Part shown: positions 53,982-64,000 of the stretch, piece by piece
Position numbering within the stretch: the first letter of the stretch is position 1
Layout: every line of letters begins with the position of its first letter
Source: the human T2T-CHM13v2.0 reference genome, Homo sapiens
Reading direction: 5' to 3' (one strand)
Assembly (NCBI RefSeq): GCF_009914755.1
Contig: NC_060927.1
Length of the DNA stretch: 64,000 bases
The notes under the pieces: generated by a model
What the model was told of the DNA's origin: nothing
Seen by the model: only the letters and a program-made list of their open reading frames with translations
Database searches by the model: none
Translations under genes and position numbers: made by a program

Positions 53982-54279
53982 TTTTTTTTTTTTTTTTTGA
54001 GACAGAGTCTCGCTCTGTTGCCTAGGCTGGAGTACAATGGAGTCCTCTCAGCTCACTGCAAACTCCGCCTCCTGGATTCAAGTGATTTTCCTGCCTCAGC
54101 CTCCAGAGCAGTTGAGATTACAGGCACCCACCACCATGCCCAGCTAATTTTTGTATTTTAGTAGAGACAGGTTTTCACCATGTTGGTCAGGCTGGTCTCG
54201 AACTCCTGACCTCAGGTGATCCACCAGCCTAGGCCTCCCAAAGTGCCAGGATTACAGTCGTGGGCCACCGTGCCTGGCC
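53982..54279 (-). mobile_element. AluS
   Basis: Alu dimer. Confidence 0.87.
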
Positions 54280-54852
54280 TGAATGATACGTACTTAACTT
54301 ATGAATGTTAGGTTTGAATGTTATGTCAAGTTCTTACAAGTAATGAGGACACAATCTGGATAAAAGGAAAATGGCCCCACCTTCTTAATACTTCTTGGTT
54401 TGCTCAGAACCAGCTCTCAGAATCCTGTACCAATATAAACCCAGTGCAATTCCAGTCCCATCCAACTGGATGGGACTTTAAAGCTCAAGCCCTCTCATCT
54501 AAACCAGGCTCCTATCCCCCTATAACAGCCCTGCAAATGACTACCGAGCCCAGGCTACTAAATGCTTAGTCAACACTGTGTCCAAGATGTTAACAAGGTT
54601 AAAATCAGGACCCACACAGCAGCACCTGTCCCTAGGCACTCTGAATTGTCTATGGTGTGGACATTCGGGAATGTTTCCCTTTTTTTTTGCCCAGATGCCC
54701 AGGCACCCGGACATCAATGCAGCCAACAGCAGAGCAGTGACACAGTTGTGGCCACAACAGTCTCTTCTTGCTACCAGCCTCCTCTAAACCTCTTCTCTAG
54801 TTAGGCCTGCCTCTCTTCATGTGGATAAATCATGATAGCAACATCCAAGTAC

Positions 54853-54971
54853 TTTTGTGAAGTTCCAGCGCTGGATGAAGTGACGTGCCACATCACGAGC
54901 CGCCTTCCCGTGGACTGCAGAGGCAATGTCATGCCAGGGCATCCGGGGCGTGGAGTACCTGTCAATGAAAT
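54853..54971 (-). CDS. PLD1: PLD1 coding exon (probably 18), 119 nt: (D)[39 protein letters not shown]
   Basis: Acceptor gggcag|ATTTC, donor AAA|gtactt. Contains the conserved PLD PRxPWHD motif and the basic [12 protein letters not shown] segment. Confidence 0.96.
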
Positions 54972-55590
54972 CTGCCCGGGTGCACCAGGCAAGGATCAGT
55001 CATTAACTTCAGTGTTGGGGCAAAGTCTCTCTGACTCCAACTATGAAACTAAAAGGAAACGTGGGTTAGTGCCCACTAGGTATATATTTCTTGGCTTGCA
55101 TAGAACAACATTTTTATAATCAAGGGAAACAGATTTCACATTCAGGGACATAGTCTCCCAGGCACTTCCCCACATATGTTTCCGTTTCACTTAGGATTAG
55201 ATAATCACTAGACATGGCAAGATGTGAGTTGGTACAAATTATCTAAGGCTGTGTATTTGATATTATATTTTTTATTTTTTATCCTGTTGAAACAATGGCA
55301 GGCAATGCCATCTCTATCTCCTCTTAAACATATAAACCCAGTGATAACCTGAAAATATGCCATTCTAACGCTGGAAATGCAGGAAATAAGCAGAATAGAA
55401 GATGATCAAAGGGAGCCTACCATTTCCTGAAAAATTACTGATTATTGCCCCCAAAATATGCCTATAAAAATCTGGATTTTTCAGACAGTTCAGCTCTATT
55501 TCATGTTCTTTTCTTATTATAACTGAAAAAAAAGTCCTTAAGCACATGCTAATGACTAAATCTAGTCTCCAAAGTTTTAAAAAATTTTCA

Positions 55591-55854
<264 letters not shown>

Positions 55855-58375
55855 TCAGAGACTGTGGTTCAGGTGAGTCCCAGAAAGGGAGGCTCAACTC
55901 TCATTTATTAAACACCTAAAAGCTTCTTAATTTCTTAAGACACAACTAGGGTGGCATCTGTCCATTCTATTACAGGCTGTGGGCTAACAAGGTTTTACAG
56001 TCCTTACAAGTTTACTTTTAGTGGGCAGTTAGGGCTACAACAAGATTCATCATTAAACAATGAAATTTGACCTTCTCAGGCAGTTGAGTAACTTATTTCC
56101 ACCACCTACCAGATCACTGGAAGAACTATCACAGAATTAACTGTGAATAAAGAACTCACAAGGTGGCACTATGAGAGCAGTAAAGCTGGTGGGGGGCTTT
56201 CAGGGGCAGAGTGGGAAGGGCGGGGAGGGGAGAGGTGGAGAAACCTGAGACGCAGGGGCAATAAAGACACCATGCCACTTCTTTTTCCTCAACCAACATG
56301 GTGCACACCTGATGCATAATTCTTTTGCATTAAAGCAAGAACCTCAAATTTACAGATAGCCCATGTTCCAGCCCTGGAATTAATTAGCTAAGTGACACTG
56401 AGCTTCAGTTTTTTAGATCATAAATCCATTATGCGTAAAATGAAGAATTTGGCCTAGATAACAGCTAAAATCTGTTGCGCTTTAACATTTATATACTTCA
56501 AATCATAGATGGCATTTATAAAAAATATGGTAACAACAGATGAAAGCTTATGATATAGGTGCAAAAGCAGCAATCTACTATAGCATTTCACAAATAACTG
56601 TGCCGAGACCATTGACTTACGGCTAAATACAAAGACAATGAAGTAAAAAGATGCAGAATTACAAATCACAAACGCAGCACTTGGCACAAAAGAGGCATTT
56701 AACAAATAGACACTGAATGCAAAAATATGTGTTGAATGAATAAATGGTACTGCTTGCAGTAGCCAGTGAGAGGACTACACTGGTCCTGCCACCAACACAC
56801 TGTCCCAGAACTGTCTTTGTAAAATGCACTCTTTGCTTAAAACCCTGGAAGGTTCACATACTGCCTATAGGAAGCTCAAGTCCTAAGGGCTTAGTGTGCA
56901 TAGAAGACTCTTCCCAAACTGGTGCCAATCTATCTTTCTAGTCCTTGTTTTTCCCCACCCAACCCCAGGCCCCATGCAAATCACGTGTTTCACTGTATTA
57001 TAACAGGTGTGGACTGCCATGTCTCCATGCAGTTGGCACATTATTACTTCTACCTGAAATGCTCCTTTCTCCCTCTTGGCCTGATATCCTAATCATCCTT
57101 CAAGAGCCACATTAGCTATCACCTGCCATCTCCCCATAAGGAAGAGGCAGTCACTAGCACTGCTGTCATCCCACTAACAACTGCCCCAACACCTCTGACT
57201 CTGTGACGCAATTGTATCAGGATGCTCCCCTGCCCGCATCAATGCCTCACCAGTCTATAAACTCTTTGGGAGTGGGAACCAAATCTTCTCACTGCCAGTA
57301 GCTCCAAGCACCCAGGCAATCAATAAATATTTGCAGAACAAATGTTTTTATGTAATCACCACACACAATGCTAATATTCTATCTCAAACTGAATCATTAA
57401 CCTTTCAAAGGCTATTAAAGTTTTCTACAGAAGAAAAATGATTTAAAATGCCATAGATTAGCAAAATGAAATCATGTTAAAAATAGACTTCTATTGACTT
57501 CTCCCAGTGATTTATTTTCCTGCTTTATGAGACTGAAAGGCCAAAGTACGGGTAGGTCTGTTTGCTCATCTATAGGCTCTTTATTGTTTACATAGCACTT
57601 TGTTAAAAGAAGAAAAGAGGGTGAGAAAAGAAACAAAAGGGATGAAAAATGAGATAAACAATATTTCAAATTTCAAATATAAAATACACATATACAATTT
57701 GCTTTCATCAACTGCAAAACTCTAAGCTAAGGCTTTACATAAACACATATACACTCATTTAAAAATTATCTTTCACCTAACAACCAGTTATGATAAGGAA
57801 AATAAAGGAAATTCTTAGTCTCAGGAAATTATCTTGGTACTAATTGAATTCAACCTGCTCATAATTCAAATTTGTTTTTGTTTTTAGCCATGGCCTAAAA
57901 ACTATTCCACATAAATTAGGGTTCCTCCTCAGTACAAATGAACTATTAAGGCAATAGAGCCAAATACTAGTTCCTGTGAAAACAGTAGCTCAGAATTACA
58001 TGAGTGTGGTCGAGAGGACTTATGGCATCAACAATGCTGATCCAAGGGGGTCTCGTTAGGCTGCTATCTGGCTCCCAAATGATTTCATAATTGCACCTGC
58101 CTTGTCTTTTGGCACAGATTTGTCAGGCCAATTTTCTGCATCCTCCTCTGTCAGTGGCTCAGATTCTGGCTACTAAAGTTTATGAGAAGGGGGACTTCTT
58201 GTTCCTTGCCTGGTGTCCTCTGGTCGTGCCACATCCTCCTCCTTCTATTCTCATCTCTCGGCTTCCAGGTCTCCATTTTTCTACCATTTCTCCAGCCTAT
58301 CCTTGTTCTTCTTTCCTAGCTCCTCCTCACTAACAAGGTTTCCCCCTTTCTCCTGTCTTTTTGTTTTCTTTTTCT

Positions 58376-58380
<5 letters not shown>

Positions 58381-58406
<26 letters not shown>

Positions 58407-58671
58407 GAGACTGGAGTGCAGTGGCACGATCTCGGCTCACTGCAACCTCTGCCTCCCAGGGCCAAGTGTTCAAGCAATTCTCCTGCCTCAGCCTCCCGAG
58501 TAGCTGGGATTACAGGCGCACACCACCATGCCCTGCTAATTTTTGTATTTGATAGTAGAGACAGGGTTTCACCATGTTGGCCAGGCTCATCTCGAACTCC
58601 TGACCTCGTGATCTGCCTGCCTCGGCCTCCCAAAGTGCTGGGATTACAGGCGTGAGCCACCACACCCGGCC
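58381..58671 (-). mobile_element. AluS with an internal deletion and a short insertion
   Basis: ttgagactggagtgcag junction; extra gccaagt after cccagg. Confidence 0.85.
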
Positions 58672-59209
58672 TCTCCTGTCTTTTTCTATACAATTTCTAA
58701 AATGTGCACCTGCAAGGATGGCTTCTGTTTTGGACTCCAAATCTAAGGTCACTTCCAGTGCCTCACTTGACATTGTTTACCTAGTTCCCTCCAGAACTTT
58801 AAAATTATGTCTAACACTAAAATCATCATCATTCCATAAAATCAAGTCTTTCCTTGAGATTTCTGCTGTCTGTGTGTAGTAACTCAAGCTCAAACCTCGG
58901 AATCACCTTTGGCTCCTTTATTCTTCGCTGACTTCTCCACCCACCTCCCCACGGCTTCCCAGATCATGATGAAAATCTGCTGATTCTGCTTTTGGAAAAA
59001 GTTTCTCCCATTTACTTCGTTCTTGAACTCACTGACACAACCTTGTCAGACTCCCTGTGTCTCTACTATAAACGCTATAAAGCCTCACCCTTAATTGCTC
59101 CCTGCCCCTAGGGATTTTCCAACATTTAATGGAAGAGGTGCAATGTCTCAGTCTGATTTTCAAAGTCCTCCGTAAACTGCTACAGATATATCCCACCAGC
59201 TCAATCTGC

Positions 59210-59795
59210 ACAAATCAGCCCTTAACCACAATTCCAAAACTCCAAAAGTTCTAACAATTCAAATGTTTTTTCATAGCTGATTTTCACAGCTCATTTCATA
59301 ACTCACAGGTCAGCAAAATCTGACCTGAACTGACAAGAGGTTATTTATTATCTTTATTGATCCCACTTGGTGTTGCACAAACATAAATGGTTTGCCTACA
59401 TTCCAGGTATTTCCTGGATCCTGCTGGGAGTGTAATATAGTAGAGGGTATAGGTATTGTATTACCTTTCTAAAATCCAGAACTTTCTGATTTCTGAAATC
59501 TGATTCCAAGGATTTTGTATGAGAGATTATAGACCTATATGTATTTACCACATTCTACACTCAGTCTGAGATGCCGAAATAAATACTTTTGCATTTCCTA
59601 TATCTGGGTCTTAAGATGTAGTATCTACCTAAAATGCCTGTTTTTCTACCTTTTTAGTCTCTACCTACCGAATTTCTACATATGTTCAAGGCCAGTTCCA
59701 ATACAGGCACTGAACAAGTTATATTTTAAAAAATATTTTGGTTTTCAAAATTTTTTGGAATTTAGAATCGTGGTTAAGGGTTTGTAGACCTGTAT
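59210..59795. mobile_element. Ancient TIR DNA-transposon remnant (Tigger-like MITE)
   Basis: Long imperfect inverted ends (cccttaaccacaattccaaaa / ttggaatttagaatcgtggttaaggg), ending in ctg-TA. Confidence 0.55.
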
Positions 59796-60109
59796 TTCGT
59801 CTGTGGATCAATGATGACTCTTGCAGTAGGAGTATCTTCCCTCAATGAATTACTAAAATATTAGGTTTGTAAAATATTTAAAACTCATGCTCACCTATTA
59901 GATAACAAGCTATTTAACAGCACTAGATGAATCTTACACATCCTATCCATTGCATTCCTAAGAACAGTTTAGAAACAGCTTAATATTATCCCTTGTGACG
60001 AGACATTCAAATTTGAAAAGCCTGTCTCAACTAAATTGCAAAAATAATTTTTCCCTCACTTACCTATTTAATATTGCTTAAAAGGAAAAGATCAGCACAT
60101 AGTTGCTGA

Positions 60110-60247
60110 ATAGCATTAGGAGAAACACTTAATGTAGATGACAGGTTGATGGGTGCAGCAAACCACTGTGGCACTTGTATACCTATGTAACAAACCTGCA
60201 TGTTCTGCACGTGTATCCCAGAACTTAAAGTATAATACAGAAAGAAA

Positions 60248-60311
<64 letters not shown>

Positions 60312-60335
60312 AAAAGAAAGAAAGAAAGAAAGAAA
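60110..60335 (+). mobile_element. L1PA 3' stub whose tail has become a (GAAA)n STR (~60240-60335)
   Basis: tagcattaggagaaa..agaacttaaagtataa followed by (GAAA)n. Confidence 0.87.
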
Positions 60336-62535
60336 GGGAATAAAATTCAACACTTTAAAAATAGTATCAAGCAAAATTCTCCCTCTTAGAACATAATTCT
60401 GAATGAAAAAAAATCTTGAAAATGACTGAGTGATTTTGAAAAACATATATTTCAGATATGATTCCTAACCACGTTTTTAGTGCAGTTTTTCTATATAAAA
60501 ACCCATAGTGATGTTCACTCCACACTGATTTCTGTATGACACCAGGAGGTTTAATTCAACAAGGAGCCCAATTCAACATGGTCATATGCGGTCAAGTGAA
60601 ATTGATATTGCAGAGAGGCTAACTCTCTTTGCATTCTCAGGAAAAGGAAGTCATTAACTCAAGTTCATATTCAGTTTTAAATTTCTAACGAAGAGTCACT
60701 CCATGCTTAATTTGGGTTTCAAGTTTTATAAGGCAACCTGAGTTTTTAAGGTATTACATGATTTAAATCTAGAGCCTTGCTCTTTAAACTTCCTTCATTT
60801 TTTTAGTAGAACTTTTCTTTTTTGAAAACAAGTTCAGAAGGAACTCCAATAATTAAAACAGATACAAGTGGGATTGTTCTGGTTGAAGAGGTACCAATAG
60901 CTGTGGGAGGGTCCTGGGGTTCACCTACTTCAATGTTCTCCTCAAAGCCTTTTAAAAACTCCAGGATCCAAGGAATCGACTTTGGAAAGCACTGCTCTAG
61001 AAGGACCCCATGATCCTTTGGCTTTTCTTTTTAGGTAAACTGTTTTCATTTTAAAAAATTAAATTTGTATTTATATTTGACTATAAAAGTAAAATGAAAA
61101 CAGTACCAACAATGTGGGAAAAAAATAAATCACCTCACGCTCCATCTTCCTAACAAAGATAGCATCATTGAATGTCCTTTGTCAGCTGCCTTCACGAACA
61201 TATTTTGATACAGTGGCAATTGTCCTCAAATTTTCCTTGCTCTTCCCATAGCCACCTCATTTCAGTTCATGGAAATTCCATCTTTCCAGTGGGGCCAAAG
61301 ATTTGGAGTCCTCTCCATCTCTCACATCTTGTATCTAGTTCATCGGCAAATGCTGTCAGCTCGACCCTCAAAATATATTCACAACCTGCAGAGTCACCAT
61401 TTGCCACCCTGGTCTGCTCTGAAGAATGATCCTTGGAAAATGTAAGTCAGCCCTCGCCTACCCTTCGCTCAAGACCATCCGATGACTTCCTATCTCACTC
61501 AGGGTCAAAATCTTACAGTGGTCTGCAAGACCTCACATAACCCACCCCAGCCCACCTCTCTGATTTTGTTCTTATCATCCTCTCCTAGCCCACTTCACTA
61601 CAGCCGTATTCCTGGAACACACCCAACCCCTCTACCTCATGGCCTTTCATACTTGCTATTCCTTCTGTCGGAAACACCCTCTCTCAGTTTCTTATCCTCA
61701 TTCTTCTCTTTCTTTCGATGTCAGCTGAAAACTAACCTCATGAGAGATGTATTCTCCGATGAGCCTTTACAAAATAGTAACTCTTCTCCTATGCTCTTCC
61801 TCCCGGATCATGCTCAACTATTCTCCGTGATAATTATCACCACCTGAAATGTGTTTGACTCTCTATTTGTATACACAGTTCCCATCCTTACCCTCCAACT
61901 AGTTAATTGCACTTCATCTGTTTTATTCACCACATCTCTAGCACCCAGAATAGTGATTGGCATATAACAGAAACTCAATAAACACTTATTTAATTAAATA
62001 AATAAATCTTCTATGTTTATTTTTGTATCCCCAACTACAGTTGTAATCATTGCCCAATTCCATAAAAGAGATGAACCATTTGTTACCATTCATTATGTTC
62101 TTCACCATTTCCCTACTCTTTGACGTTTAGGTTGTTCTCTCTCTCTATCTCTCTCTCTGTCTCTCAACAATGCTACACTAGACATATATTCAGTTTATCA
62201 GTGAGGGGTTGTAAACAGATGTCAAGGGTACTTTTCATCAGCAACACCATACACATGTATGATCAGTGTCTCAGATCACCACTGTGGATATCACCTCTGT
62301 CAACCTGGGGTAGGCGTGAGTTACTTACTGGACTCAGCACCTCACTCACATCTTTTCCACTTGCTGTCAATCCTATTGCCAGCAACACTATCAGTCATAA
62401 TTCAGATCCATAATCTTCATGGGTTGGCAACCTCCTTTCCTCCACTTCATTTTTAACTTCAGTAATAAAGCAGCAAAGTTACACATTGAAACGATAAGGC
62501 ACTACCTGGAGCTGTTTCCAACCCTTTACCTCTAA

Positions 62536-63045
<510 letters not shown>

Positions 63046-63165
63046 TAAATATATATCGATGCTGTTATGATTTATAGACACAAATTTATTTAACAGTTAC
63101 ACTGAAGTTTTAGTTCATTGTGTGTAGTTGATTATTGCATTTTTTAAAATGCAGCGTAGCTGGAC

Positions 63166-63383
63166 CAAGCTTGTCCAACCCACAGCCTGTGGGCCACATG
63201 CGGCCCGGGATGGCTTTGAATGTGGCCCAACACGAATTCACAAACTTTCTTAAACATTGTAATTTTTTTTTGCAACTTTTTTTAGCTCATCAGCTATCAT
63301 TAGTGTTAGTATATTTTATGTGTGGCCCAAGACAATTCTTCTTCCAATGTGGTCCACGGAAGCCAAAAGATTGGACACCCCTG
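63166..63383 (-). mobile_element. MER30 (hAT-Charlie MITE)
   Basis: Termini CAAGCTTGTCCAACC / GATTGGACACCCCTG; internal sequence matches the MER30 consensus as I recall it. Confidence 0.85.
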
Positions 63384-63982
63384 CCCTAGATGAAAGAATG
63401 CTGGGAATCATTACTCAAAGTCTAGCATAATTTTTCAGGTTCATTAGCACCTGCAAGCCACAGGTGACTCACATTCAGGCATGTGAGCTAGACTGTAACT
63501 CTCATCTGCTAAACAGGACATGAGAGCCCTGGCCTTAGGTTCTAGCCAAAAAAGCATAACATAGTAATCTTTATTTCTGCTAAATCACAGGTCTTAATTA
63601 TGGGCACTGGGAGGATGATAAATTGGAACTCCATTGGGCAGGTCATGTATCATCTCTAACCCTGAGTTTCTTCATCTGTAAAAAGGAGATGACAATATCA
63701 CTACCAAGCACTGCAACTACTCAGGGCAGTGATGGATAGAGTCTGTGCAAAATAAATGTTAGCTTATGATCTTACTAGTGTCATTTATTATGATGATTAC
63801 TTATCCCCATATCTGACCAGCGGCCAAATCCTTCTTTATTCCCACCACAAGTTAAACTTATTAGTCATTCATTAATTCCTCGAGTATCTGGAGTATCTTC
63901 TTACCAAAGGCTATCAGATTGTAATTTCTGAAAATTCACACAGCATGACACATCCACCCAAAGGCCTTCAAGATTTTTAACT

Positions 63983-64000
63983 GGCCAGGAGCGGTGGCTC
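63983..64000 (+). mobile_element. Start of an Alu, cut by the window edge
   Basis: ggccaggagcggtggctc. Confidence 0.7.

Noticed and set aside
54972-55010. U12-type intron suggested by the missing pyrimidine tract and a TCCTTG motif
   Set aside because: The matching donor is GTGAGT (U2-type), not GTATCCTT, and there is no TCCTTAAC branch site.
59029-59211. ORF containing 'RDTGSLTRL', resembling PLD1 'DTGSIRSL' or the PLD1a-specific exon
   Set aside because: A four-residue coincidence with no further similarity. The real sequence starts at 55832, and the PLD1a insert (as recalled) was not found in the window.
60153-60389. KERK-repeat ORF
   Set aside because: Translation of the (GAAA)n microsatellite.

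Overview
Primate (most likely human) genomic DNA from inside the phospholipase D1 gene (PLD1), transcribed on the minus strand. Seven GT-AG coding exons (129, 119, 114, 111, 89, 114 and 50 nt; probably exons 17-23, numbering from memory) splice into one continuous frame, [27 protein letters not shown]...PRMPWHD...IYIENQFF...TMCRGENSILGQLKAE. This is the region between PLD1's two HKD catalytic motifs, both of which lie outside the window. The rest is intron packed with repeats: a near-full-length L1PA3/PA4-like LINE-1 antisense to the gene, more than 20 Alus, old L1M fragments, MLT2 and THE1 solo LTRs, Tigger/MER DNA-transposon fossils and microsatellites. There are no prokaryotic features, and most ORF-track entries are repeat-derived noise. 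The best candidates for undescribed biology are all inferential. (1) The L1 lacks the start of its sense promoter but keeps the antisense promoter region, ORF0 and both ORF0 splice donors pointing down PLD1, with SD1 in phase with the next PLD1 exon, plus an antisense AATAAA; this could split the gene between its two HKD halves. (2) A sense-oriented THE1 LTR retains a splice donor upstream of exon 20. (3) A ~710-bp AT-rich inverted duplication inside an MLT2 LTR has mismatches that become A-C pairs in the pre-mRNA.
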